Virus record (IMG/VR): IMGVR_UViG_3300027749_000038
DNA: 64,000 nt
Reading direction: 5' to 3' (one strand)
From: a virus
A model generated the notes under the pieces. That model was given only the letters and a program-made list of their open reading frames with translations. It had not been told where the DNA came from and searched no databases. Of this stretch, positions 1-8,555 are shown in pieces (the first letter of the stretch is position 1; the number at the start of each line of letters is the position of its first letter). The position numbers and the translations under genes are program-made.

Positions 1-20
1 ATAATAAAGATAACAACACC

Positions 21-1253
21 ATGTTGACCAGAAGTGGATATATAAAAATCGGTATACCTGAATCAATTCTTTTGAACGAGAATAACATTCAAGCCCTGCA
101 GCTAGAAACTGCGGAAGTAAAGGACGGCGAGACCAAAGATTATGTGCCTCTTGAAATATCTCTAGAGAGGTTGAGGGCTGTGGAATTTGTGGATCTGGAT
201 CTGGATACGTATGAGAAATGTGCAAAAATACAAATACGGGTTTTTTACAAAAACAATATCAGTGAAATTTTTAAGTTTAGTCATAAAACCCAGGCGGTCT
301 ATCGATCCAAACTGCTGCTAGATGCTCAGTTGTGTGTACGGCATAAAACGTCCGAGTTATATGAAGATTCAACAGAAGGACGCAATTCCTGTCTACTAGA
401 GCTTGAAGATAAAACCAACACTGTTTGTAAGTTGCGCAAAGAGACAAAAGGAACAAAGAATCTTGTCTACTACACAATTTTTTTTGATAAGGGCTATATA
501 GAGCTGTTGGATAAATCGGTACTGTCTGTGCTAGAGCGGAGTGAAATTAATTTTGATTTGCTGCTTATTACAGACAGTGAAACCAAAGCAAAGCTAGAGA
601 GTTGTGCATTCAGGGATAAAATAACTCCCAAATATCTAACTGTTGAAACTCCTCTCGATGGTGTGGAAGCTTCGCAGAATAAAACTAGAGTATTTGAATA
701 CGAGGATATAGACAGCTACGATAAAATATTATTTCTAGATTGTGATATTGTCTGCCTTAAAGATATCAACAGTATTTTTAATGAAGAGCTGGAGCACGAG
801 ACGCTGTACACCGCTAGAAACACAAATATAAGATGGCACCATCACAAGTCATTTCATCACGGCTTTGAATTATTGGGGGACTTACATGTTCGAGAAATGA
901 TGTACGCCCGACAAATGCCTTTTAATGCTGGACAATTTTTGTTTAGAAACTCCAGCAGGATGAGAGCCCATTTCAGTAACGTGAATTGGTTCATGAAAAC
1001 ATGGGCTGGTGAATATTTCTTTGAACAGGCGTTCATGTGCTATTATTTCTGCAAAGCCTATTTAACTGATGACAGCGTCTTAAACAAATACATGAGCATC
1101 ATCTCTACAACGACTACTACCGAATACAGTATTACCGAAGATACATGTTTGGTACACTTCATTGCTCCTCCATTGGACGCTAAAACAAAACTGAAGTTCA
1201 TTGATTTCTTTCTTAAGGAACACGAGACCAATGATAATCACATAATAATATAA
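21..1253 (+). CDS. GT-A fold glycosyltransferase (GT8-like) with an N-terminal domain of unknown function
   Basis: DKILFLDCD (DxD motif), FNAGQFLF, EQAFM and LVHF motifs typical of GT8-like enzymes. Confidence 0.7.
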   Translation: MLTRSGYIKIGIPESILLNENNIQALQLETAEVKDGETKDYVPLEISLERLRAVEFVDLDLDTYEKCAKIQIRVFYKNNISEIFKFSHKTQAVYRSKLLLDAQLCVRHKTSELYEDSTEGRNSCLLELEDKTNTVCKLRKETKGTKNLVYYTIFFDKGYIELLDKSVLSVLERSEINFDLLLITDSETKAKLESCAFRDKITPKYLTVETPLDGVEASQNKTRVFEYEDIDSYDKILFLDCDIVCLKDINSIFNEELEHETLYTARNTNIRWHHHKSFHHGFELLGDLHVREMMYARQMPFNAGQFLFRNSSRMRAHFSNVNWFMKTWAGEYFFEQAFMCYYFCKAYLTDDSVLNKYMSIISTTTTTEYSITEDTCLVHFIAPPLDAKTKLKFIDFFLKEHETNDNHIII

Positions 1254-1330
1254 TATGCGCGAAGCTGTATATCAAATATCCTTCAAAAACATAAACTCAA
1301 GACTGTACGAACTAATACAAAAACATAATT

Positions 1331-1942
1331 ATGAGTAATTTATTACTTCCTAAATCCAGCTTTATTCATATTCCTAAATGTGCGGGTACACATTTACAGA
1401 ACTTTCTATATCATCTAGAACTACCTAAATATAGATACAACGAACCCCAAGACGGGCATTTATTTCTTCATCAAATGACTCAAAGCAAGAATGCCTATAA
1501 TTTTTGTTTTGTGCGACATCCTTATACGTGGTGGCCTTCTTTTTACGAGTGGAGTAAACATACTAGATTTAGTGCAATGGAAAAGGAGTCACCTAATTTT
1601 GATACTTGGATTCAAGACTATGGAGCTTTTTGGATGGGCCTTTATACTCAATTGGTGAAGAGATATATAGGAGAAGATAATAACTATATCTCAGATATTA
1701 AAATAAATTTTATAGGCAAAACCGAAAATTTATATAAAGATTTATTTATAATTCTTAAAAATGCTGGGGAAGTGTTTGATGAAACCCAATTTAAAAAGTT
1801 GGTAGAAGAAACAGACTCCAGAGAATCATTAATTAAGTGGGCTAATAAACAGGAATATAATAGAGAAATATCTGAAGAATCTAAAAATATTATATATAAA
1901 ACTGAAAAATGGGTGTTTGATAGATTTGATTATAATCACTAA
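1331..1942 (+). CDS. Sulfotransferase family protein
   Basis: FIHIPKCAGT (5'-PSB PAPS-binding loop), FVRHPY (3'-PB motif) and FIGKTENL. Confidence 0.8.
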   Translation: MSNLLLPKSSFIHIPKCAGTHLQNFLYHLELPKYRYNEPQDGHLFLHQMTQSKNAYNFCFVRHPYTWWPSFYEWSKHTRFSAMEKESPNFDTWIQDYGAFWMGLYTQLVKRYIGEDNNYISDIKINFIGKTENLYKDLFIILKNAGEVFDETQFKKLVEETDSRESLIKWANKQEYNREISEESKNIIYKTEKWVFDRFDYNH

Positions 1943-1995
1943 TTAGATTAAAATTTTTATAAAATTGTGATTAGTTTCAGCATAAGTATTCACAT

Positions 1996-3936
1996 ATGGC
2001 TCTGCAAATCGTATCTAATTTACAAAATACTGGAAATCTTAATCTACAGGATGTTAGCTCAACTAATATCACTGCCTCACAGGGTGTAAGCTCTGTTGAC
2101 ATCTATGCCTCTGGGAACGTTGGTATTGGTATCAACGCTCCAACAGAAAAACTTCATGTAGTTGGCAATGTTCTTATTACTGGTAGTTTATCTGCGTTAG
2201 GAGACTTTACCTCTTTTCAAACCAATGTTACAGAGACAAGTGCTTTGTCGATTACTAACCTAGGAACCGGACCAGCTTTATTAGTAACACAAACTGGAGA
2301 CGCTCCTATTGCAGCATTTTATGATGATAATGGGTTGGTTAGTTTATTCGTAGATGGGCACACTAGTAGACCTGGTTATGTGGGTATCGGAACAGAACTT
2401 CCAAATGAAAAATTAACCGTGGTAGGAGCTATATCTGCTTCTGGGCATATTCATGGAGATGTTAGTCCTTCCATGGCCTTAATATTCAAAGGACCTTGGA
2501 ATAGTGCCACACATTACTTAGCTGGATTTATAGCAGAATATCAAGGTTCTAGTTATGTATGTGAAGTAGCAAACACTAACCACGTTCCGGCTGGAGACAA
2601 TGTAAGATGGAGTCTTTTAGTTGCAATGGGAGATCAAGGTTTCCAAGGCAATCAAGGCAATCAAGGTGACCAAGGCAATCAGGGATTCCAAGGAGACCAA
2701 GGCAATCAGGGATTCCAAGGCGATCAAGGAGACCAAGGCAATCAAGGTTTCCAAGGAGACCAAGGCAATCAAGGAGATCAAGGCAATCAAGGATTCCAAG
2801 GTGATCAGGGTGATCAGGGTGATCAAGGATTCCAGGGAGACCAAGGTAACCAAGGATTCCAGGGAGATCAAGGTAACCAGGGTTTCCAAGGGGACCAAGG
2901 TAACCAGGGTTTCCAAGGGGACCAAGGCAATCAAGGTTTCCAAGGCGATCAAGGTAACCAGGGCTTCCAAGGGGATCAAGGCAATCAAGGTTTTCAGGGT
3001 GATCAAGGTTTCCAAGGCGATCAAGGTTTCCAAGGCGATCAAGGCGATCAAGGATTTCAGGGTAATCAGGGGTTTCAGGGAAATCAAGGCGATCAAGGAT
3101 TCCAAGGCAATCAAGGCGATCAAGGATTCCAAGGCAATCAAGGCGACCAAGGCGACCAAGGTAATCAGGGATTCCAAGGCGACCAGGGAAATCAAGGATT
3201 CCAAGGCGACCAGGGAAATCAAGGATTCCAAGGCGACCAAGGTGATCAAGGCAATCAGGGATTCCAAGGAGACCAAGGCAATCAGGGATTCCAAGGAGAT
3301 CAAGGCAATCAGGGTGATCAAGGCAATCAAGGATTCCAAGGTGATCAAGGCAATCAAGGATTCCAAGGTGATCAGGGAGATCAAGGCAATCAAGGATTCC
3401 AGGGCAATCAAGGTGATCAAGGATTCCAAGGCGCTCAGGGGGATCAAGGCAACCAAGGATTCCAAGGAGATCAGGGTGATCAAGGAGATCAAGGTGATCA
3501 AGGCAATCAAGGTTTCCAAGGAGACCAAGGCAATCAAGGTTTCCAAGGGGACCAAGGCAATCAAGGCAATCAAGGATTCCAAGGCAATCAAGGTTTCCAG
3601 GGTAATCAGGGAGATCAAGGCAATCAAGGTTTCCAAGGCAATCAAGGTTTCCAAGGGGACCAAGGCAATCAAGGATTCCAAGGCGCCCAGGGTGATCAAG
3701 GCAATCAAGGACCTGTTGGTTTGGTAAAATATGTAGAGACCAACACCCTCACCGGTGCTGCTACAGAAATTGTAAGTGTTTATCATAATCTCAATACAGA
3801 TGTTGTACCAGTAGTTTATAATGTCAGCACTGGAGATGTTATCTTGGTAGCAGCCACAGTTATTACTTCAAATCGTTTAGACTTTACTTTTAATAATGAA
3901 GCTCCTGGTGATTATAAGTTTTTAATATTTGGTTAA
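1996..3936 (+). CDS. Collagen-like fibre (tail fibre or whisker)
   Basis: N-terminal GNVGIG...EKLHVVGN fibre-type repeats, FKGPW...YQGSSYVC module, then 120 G-X-Q triplets and a short C-terminal domain. Confidence 0.8.
   Translation: MALQIVSNLQNTGNLNLQDVSSTNITASQGVSSVDIYASGNVGIGINAPTEKLHVVGNVLITGSLSALGDFTSFQTNVTETSALSITNLGTGPALLVTQTGDAPIAAFYDDNGLVSLFVDGHTSRPGYVGIGTELPNEKLTVVGAISASGHIHGDVSPSMALIFKGPWNSATHYLAGFIAEYQGSSYVCEVANTNHVPAGDNVRWSLLVAMGDQGFQGNQGNQGDQGNQGFQGDQGNQGFQGDQGDQGNQGFQGDQGNQGDQGNQGFQGDQGDQGDQGFQGDQGNQGFQGDQGNQGFQGDQGNQGFQGDQGNQGFQGDQGNQGFQGDQGNQGFQGDQGFQGDQGFQGDQGDQGFQGNQGFQGNQGDQGFQGNQGDQGFQGNQGDQGDQGNQGFQGDQGNQGFQGDQGNQGFQGDQGDQGNQGFQGDQGNQGFQGDQGNQGDQGNQGFQGDQGNQGFQGDQGDQGNQGFQGNQGDQGFQGAQGDQGNQGFQGDQGDQGDQGDQGNQGFQGDQGNQGFQGDQGNQGNQGFQGNQGFQGNQGDQGNQGFQGNQGFQGDQGNQGFQGAQGDQGNQGPVGLVKYVETNTLTGAATEIVSVYHNLNTDVVPVVYNVSTGDVILVAATVITSNRLDFTFNNEAPGDYKFLIFG
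2629..3708 (+). repeat. 1080-bp collagen repeat: 120 Gly-X-Gln triplets (X = D, F, N, rarely A)
   Basis: 9-nt periodic ggN-NNN-caa/cag repeat read directly; translation GDQ/GFQ/GNQ/GAQ. Confidence 0.95.
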
Positions 3937-3954
3937 TCTAAAATTAAATTAAAT

Positions 3955-3990
3955 AAAAAGAGCCTCTACTAAAATAGAGGCTCTTTTTTT
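3955..3990. terminator. Rho-independent terminator, possibly bidirectional
   Basis: Perfect 14-bp inverted repeat aaaaagagcctcta / tagaggctcttttt with a 6-nt loop and a T-run, directly after the fibre gene. Confidence 0.85.
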
Positions 3991-4034
3991 GTTTTAATGT
4001 TGGGTTTTTTTTATTTACACGGATAATTAAAATC

Positions 4035-5213
4035 ATGAAACTTTCAATTTTCACACCTACCAACAATATTCAATGGATTCATCTTCCGTACAATTCTATT
4101 ATTAAACAAATAGAATTAGATTCTACACTAGATGTAGAATGGGTTATTGTTCCTAATAATAATGTAGAGGTTCCTGAAGATATTAAAAATAAAAGTTGGG
4201 TCAAAATTATTAGATGTTCTAATGATATGAAAAATATTGGAGCTCTTAAGAAATTTGCTTGTTCTGCAGCAACTGGAGATGTTTTTATAGAACTAGATCA
4301 TGATGATGAATTGCTACCCACATCCCTGAGAAAGATTCATGATGCTATGGTAGACAAACCTAATTCATTTCTTTATTCAGACAAAACCGTAGTAAGGCAT
4401 GATGACAAACCTCATTTATATAGCAATGTGTACGGATGGGAGCATTATGCATATGAAAAAGAAACCATCAATAAATCTTTTCTTCCTGATGCTAGATCTT
4501 TGTGTCAAATTTTTTATGCACCGGATCACGTGCGAGTTTGGTCTAGGAAAGCTTATGAATTGTCTGGAGGTCATGATGAAAAATTATTTGTTGGTGATGA
4601 TCATGATTTGATAATTAAAACCTATTTGGCAGGTAGTGAATTTATTTTTCTAGAAGAACCCTTATACACTTACTACATTCACGGAACCAATTCTTGGCTT
4701 CAGAATTGTCAAGCAGTTCAAGTACAGCAACATAATAATACTGATAAATATCTTCGTAGATTGGTGCAGGAATGGTGTAAGAGAGAAAATCTTCCTACAG
4801 TAAAATATCCTACACCAGATTTCTATAATGCAGCTCCTAATAGTGTAGGTTGTATTGAGGCTAATGATGTAATAGCCTCTATTCCCGCTGGTAAAGAAGT
4901 AATTCATTTTATGAATCGTTGTTATGATATCTTAGCTCCAGGAGGTTGGTTGTTGGTAGATGTACCTTCCACAGATGGTCGTGGAGCTTTTTGTGATCCT
5001 CTTCACGTCTCTTTTTGGAATGAATTGAGTTTCCGTTATTATACTAATAAAAACTTTTCAAAGTTTATTCCGGAATATAAAGGAAGATTTCAACAGGTAA
5101 TTCTAAAGACTCATAACCCAAGTAAGTGGCATGAGGAAAATAAAGTTCCATATGTAAGAGCAGATATGTGTGCCATCAAAGGTCAGCGCCAGCCAGGGCA
5201 ATGTTTTATCTAA
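4035..5213 (+). CDS. GT2 glycosyltransferase fused to a class I SAM-methyltransferase-like domain
   Basis: LSIFTPT start, ELDHDD DxD motif; C-terminal LAPGGWLLVDVPSTDGRGAFCDPLHVSFWN. Confidence 0.75.
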   Translation: MKLSIFTPTNNIQWIHLPYNSIIKQIELDSTLDVEWVIVPNNNVEVPEDIKNKSWVKIIRCSNDMKNIGALKKFACSAATGDVFIELDHDDELLPTSLRKIHDAMVDKPNSFLYSDKTVVRHDDKPHLYSNVYGWEHYAYEKETINKSFLPDARSLCQIFYAPDHVRVWSRKAYELSGGHDEKLFVGDDHDLIIKTYLAGSEFIFLEEPLYTYYIHGTNSWLQNCQAVQVQQHNNTDKYLRRLVQEWCKRENLPTVKYPTPDFYNAAPNSVGCIEANDVIASIPAGKEVIHFMNRCYDILAPGGWLLVDVPSTDGRGAFCDPLHVSFWNELSFRYYTNKNFSKFIPEYKGRFQQVILKTHNPSKWHEENKVPYVRADMCAIKGQRQPGQCFI

Positions 5214-6118
5214 CAGTTAAAGAAAAATACATGAGTTAATTGAGAATTTTCTTTATCTGAACCAAAATATCCCGTAGAGGCATGCAGAGCTTTAGAGTTA
5301 TAAATAACTAATCTGTTATAGATATTTGCAACACAGTCTACAGATTCTAGATTGTGTCTATCATAAAAGTTATTTTTAAAAGATCTTTGATTGATTTCTA
5401 TAACAGAAGAATCAAATCTCTGTGTGTCTTTAGGGATTGCGGAATGAGTCAATCCCGTAATCTTGCTTTTAAAATTTGAAAATCCAGTAGTTAAAGGAGC
5501 TCCTGGACTGAGGTATATTACAGCAGCATATTCTTGTTCGTCTATACGATGTACAATACGATCTTCCGCTGTGAAATATTGGAAAATACCAGAAGAACCA
5601 GTAAACTCTTTAATAGGTCTTCCTATGTGTCTTTCAAAGGTTTTCTTAATCCAGGAAGGTATAAAGGATTTTAAGGTTCTTTCACCTCTAAGACATTCTT
5701 TCTTGGATACAAATTTTTGAGTCAAAGCATAATCTCTGACTTTGTCTGGATCTTTATAAAAATTATCCACTACAATAATTTCAGGATTAGAAAGATTATT
5801 AGACACCAAAACGGATTCTAAAATTTCTACCCGAACCGTAAAAGTGATCTCTCCGTTGACTAAAATATTAACAGTCTCGGTTTTAGGTTCTAAAATTATA
5901 TTAAATCCACATCTTAGATAATTTATATGTTCTTCTCTGTAAAATTTATAAATGTCTGGTCTCTCTTCTGGAGTGATGCTAATAAAACCATCACAACTTA
6001 CCCCACAAGAGTCAGCAAAAATTAATGGTACCACCCAACCTTTAACATGATAAAACTTTCCTTCTTTTTTGACACTGTCTATAGTTCCTATAAAATTTTC
6101 ATTTAAAGTCTGGTGCAT
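5210..6118 (-). CDS. 2OG-Fe(II) oxygenase-like protein (DUF6445-like) with an N-terminal beta domain
   Basis: IIVVDNFYKDPDKVRDYAL, AAVIYLSP, NIYNRLVIY...LH and VFFF motifs. Confidence 0.65.
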   Translation of the reverse strand: MHQTLNENFIGTIDSVKKEGKFYHVKGWVVPLIFADSCGVSCDGFISITPEERPDIYKFYREEHINYLRCGFNIILEPKTETVNILVNGEITFTVRVEILESVLVSNNLSNPEIIVVDNFYKDPDKVRDYALTQKFVSKKECLRGERTLKSFIPSWIKKTFERHIGRPIKEFTGSSGIFQYFTAEDRIVHRIDEQEYAAVIYLSPGAPLTTGFSNFKSKITGLTHSAIPKDTQRFDSSVIEINQRSFKNNFYDRHNLESVDCVANIYNRLVIYNSKALHASTGYFGSDKENSQLTHVFFFNC

Positions 6119-6151
6119 ATTTTATTTACCATTTTAATTAAATAAGATTTT

Positions 6152-6778
6152 ATGAATTTAAAACCAAAAGTCGCAATTATTACTTCTACCTATAAAAGAC
6201 CTTTAGATATAGTAGATAGATGCATAAGATCGGTGCAATGGCAAACCTATGGAATGGAGAACATAGTACATTATATATGCCACGATGGTCCTCGAGAAGA
6301 TTTTTTAGAATGTCCGGAATGGAATAATGTAATATATACCGAGGTTCCTTATAATACTAATAGTTACGGAGCAGGGGTCAGACAATATGTATTAGACCAA
6401 TACATCAAAACTCAATCAGATATTAAGTATGTAGTCCATTTAGATGATGATAATCTTTTATTTCCAGACTTTATAGAGTCTCATGTTTCTATTTTAGAAT
6501 CTAATTCAGAGGCTCAATTTTCTATATGTAAAATTTTACATCTAGGACCTTTACCCGGGCATCTCGGAAAACCTCCTCAAATTTTAAACGGCACTCCTCC
6601 GGTGTTTCAAAACATAGATACTCTGCAAGTAATGGTAAGAGTTCCTTCTATGGTTGCTTGTGGTTGGACACAACATCAAGGAAATGCTGGTTATTGTAAT
6701 GATGGATATACCTATGATCGTTTGGGTAAATTGTTTAAGTGGGTGGAATTGCCTAAATTACTAGCAATACATCTATAA
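6152..6778 (+). CDS. GT2-like glycosyltransferase
   Basis: VAIITSTYKR, ICHDG, HLDDDN motifs. Confidence 0.75.
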   Translation: MNLKPKVAIITSTYKRPLDIVDRCIRSVQWQTYGMENIVHYICHDGPREDFLECPEWNNVIYTEVPYNTNSYGAGVRQYVLDQYIKTQSDIKYVVHLDDDNLLFPDFIESHVSILESNSEAQFSICKILHLGPLPGHLGKPPQILNGTPPVFQNIDTLQVMVRVPSMVACGWTQHQGNAGYCNDGYTYDRLGKLFKWVELPKLLAIHL

Positions 6779-6804
6779 GTATAAATATATAGATAAGTAA
6801 TTTT

Positions 6805-7041
6805 ATGAGAATAATTGTACAACCGGAAATTGTAATAGAATTGGATGAAGTAACCATTACTCATATCAATGACTCGGCTAGAGATCAAAGAATTTCCGCT
6901 AAAGTAAGTGGTTTACAACGTTCTGTGTTGCTGTGGGGTCCAGAAGAATATAACGGACATGAAGCTAAAAACTGGACCGATGAAACAGCTTTTCTCAAAC
7001 TTTTAGAAAAGCTTTCTTTAAAAGCAGTTCCTTTTCTTTAA
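6805..7041 (+). CDS. Hypothetical protein
   Basis: 78-aa ORF preceded by TATAAATA (6780-6787) and ATAAGTA (6793-6799). Confidence 0.6.
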   Translation: MRIIVQPEIVIELDEVTITHINDSARDQRISAKVSGLQRSVLLWGPEEYNGHEAKNWTDETAFLKLLEKLSLKAVPFL

Positions 7042-7049
7042 AATAAGAG

Positions 7050-7077
7050 TTGATCTTATTTAGTTTTCACATATTAT
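7050..7077 (+). promoter_or_regulatory. Sigma70-like promoter for ssrA
   Basis: TTGATC (7050-7055), 16-nt spacer, TATTAT (7072-7077), about 20 nt upstream of the tmRNA 5' end. Confidence 0.5.
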
Positions 7078-7195
7078 GTGAATAGTTCTTTTACATTTGG
7101 GGGCGTATTGGTTTCGACTGAGCGCTGAAAACCTTAGTTGCAATCCGAGGAAGTCTGGTTGGCCTCGTTAAAATCTCTGGACAAAACAAATAAAT

Positions 7196-7297
7196 GCAAC
7201 TGATAATACAGAAGCACTCTTAGCTGAAGCAACGCACATCATCAACAACTTCGAGGACTACCTCGCAGAAGAAGAGATGTACGATCTCGCAGCCTAA
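7196..7297 (+). other. tmRNA tag reading frame: (A)ATDNTEALLAEATHIINNFEDYLAEEEMYDLAA*
   Basis: Resume codon GCA after aaaUAaau; 33 open codons ending LAA-TAA. Confidence 0.85.
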
Positions 7298-7505
7298 CAA
7301 ACAGAAATGGATCCTATTAAAATTTCTGGAGTACCACAATAGGTTTGAGTAAAATCGTGAACCTCAGGAAAAACAATCGAGAGGAGTTGGGCCCCTTGCA
7401 GTCCAACAGGTAGACCTTAACTAGTTAGCAGCCTATGGTCTTTAAGAGCTAACAAAATATGATTGTAGACGCTAAAGTCTAAGTTTTCAGGACAGCGGTT
7501 CAACT

Positions 7506-7706
7506 GAAATGCAGGGTCGGCTATTTGGAAACGAATAGTTCGTAAGGTGTATATCGGCGAACGGTTTAATATCCCAACACCGAGAGAAATCATAGAAATA
7601 TGAGACTCGTAGAGACTACCATCACCTACCTAAAGTAGAAATACTAAGGTAAAGGAATAGTCCAGACTACAAACACGTATGTGGTAGTGAAAACTATAGT
7701 AGTATG
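7506..7706 (+). mobile_element. Group I intron, 201 nt, no ORF, in the tmRNA T-loop
   Basis: 5' exon ends in U7505 and intron ends in G7706; P3 AGGTG 7545-7549 / CACCT 7623-7627; P7 GACTA 7614-7618 / TAGTC 7658-7662 in AGAGACTA and AAGGAATAGTCC contexts; GAAA-capped P2, P6a and P8 hairpins; removal restores the T-arm exactly. Confidence 0.92.
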
Positions 7707-7771
7707 CCGCTCGCCTCCACTCTTTAAAAATAGAGGGTTCAACTCATGTTACTAGAATAAGTAGCATAAGT

Positions 7772-8425
7772 ATGAACCCTCTTTTAATTATAGAATGCAA
7801 TTTTTGTAAATTACCTAAATCCAAGCGTAATATAAAAAGACATCAAGAAAAATGTTTTTATAATCCTTCTTGTTTTATTTTTTGCAAAACTTGCAACAAA
7901 CAACTTTTTGCTAAAAAGAAATTTTGTAATAATTCATGTGCTGCAAAATTCACCAATACAACAAGAACAGTTGACAGATCCTATATAACAGACTCTTGGA
8001 AAGAAAATATTAGTAATAAAAATAAACAAAATTGGAAAGAAGGAAAGTTGACATATTCTCAAAAAAGATTATTTTCTTCAAAGATAGAAAGAGAAATAGT
8101 TGCTCATTTTAAGAAAAAGTTTCCAAGAGACAAATGGAAAAGTGGAGGTAGATTGGCCTTGAATGATACAGAAAATTTAAGCAGAGATTTGTGGTCTGAT
8201 AAGCTTAAAATATGTTTCGAATATGATGGAATATGGCATTTTAAAGACATATACGGTCAATTAAACAAAAAACAAATAAAAGATAACTTATTCGAACTGT
8301 GGTGTATTAACAACAATTATAGGTTGATACGAGTGGATGAAGATTCTTATAAAAATATACAGCAAATTGAAGATTTGATTTATAACAATTATAATAATAT
8401 TATTAAAATAGGAGACAGATATTAA
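7772..8425 (+). mobile_element. Free-standing endonuclease with a Vsr/EDxHD-like nuclease domain and Cys-rich N-terminus
   Basis: N-terminal CxxC, CKTC and FCNNSCAA motifs; C-terminal RDLW...ICFEYDGIWHF...KD...NNYRLIRV. Confidence 0.75.
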
Positions 8426-8434
8426 CTCTTCCTC

Positions 8435-8450
8435 CCCCTCGCCTCCACCA
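8435..8450 (+). repeat. Duplicated tmRNA 3' end with encoded CCA
   Basis: ctcgcctccac at 8438-8448 is identical to 7710-7720; this copy continues to ...CCA. Confidence 0.85.
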
Positions 8451-8541
8451 TTTTTATTTTAATTGGAGATATACTTCTCCATAAGCTTCTAAAAAAAGAG
8501 TTTCAAAATCTTTCATATCTCTTTACTTAGTGTCAATTAAA

Positions 8542-8549
8542 TATAAATA
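8542..8549 (+). promoter_or_regulatory. T4-type late promoter
   Basis: Exact TATAAATA 6 nt before ATG 8556. Confidence 0.7.
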
Positions 8550-8555
8550 TACAAT

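Larger units (their letters stand above)
7099..7720 (+). ncRNA. ssrA: tmRNA (exon 1 7099-7505, exon 2 7707-7720)
   Basis: 5' GGGGGCG pairs with CGCCTCC-A (7712-7719) with the G3:U70 Ala determinant; GGTTTCGAC D-loop motif; P2 helix ctgaaaac-cttag / ctaag-ttttcag; T-arm agcgg-TTCAACT-ccgct after splicing; tag ORF ending YDLAA*. Confidence 0.95.

Noticed and set aside
2629-3708. Possible CRISPR array or non-coding tandem repeat
   Set aside because: No unique spacers; variation is at synonymous positions, so it is coding.
2617-3786. Long alternative-frame and antisense ORFs (2617..3786 -, 2621..3727 +)
   Set aside because: Shadows of the 9-nt collagen repeat, which lacks stops in those frames; the products are monotonous IAL/KAI repeats.
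7506-8434. One large intron that includes the endonuclease and uses the second 3' end
   Set aside because: No G precedes 8435, cccct cannot pair well with the exon 1 T-stem agcgg, and the ribozyme core closes before G7706.
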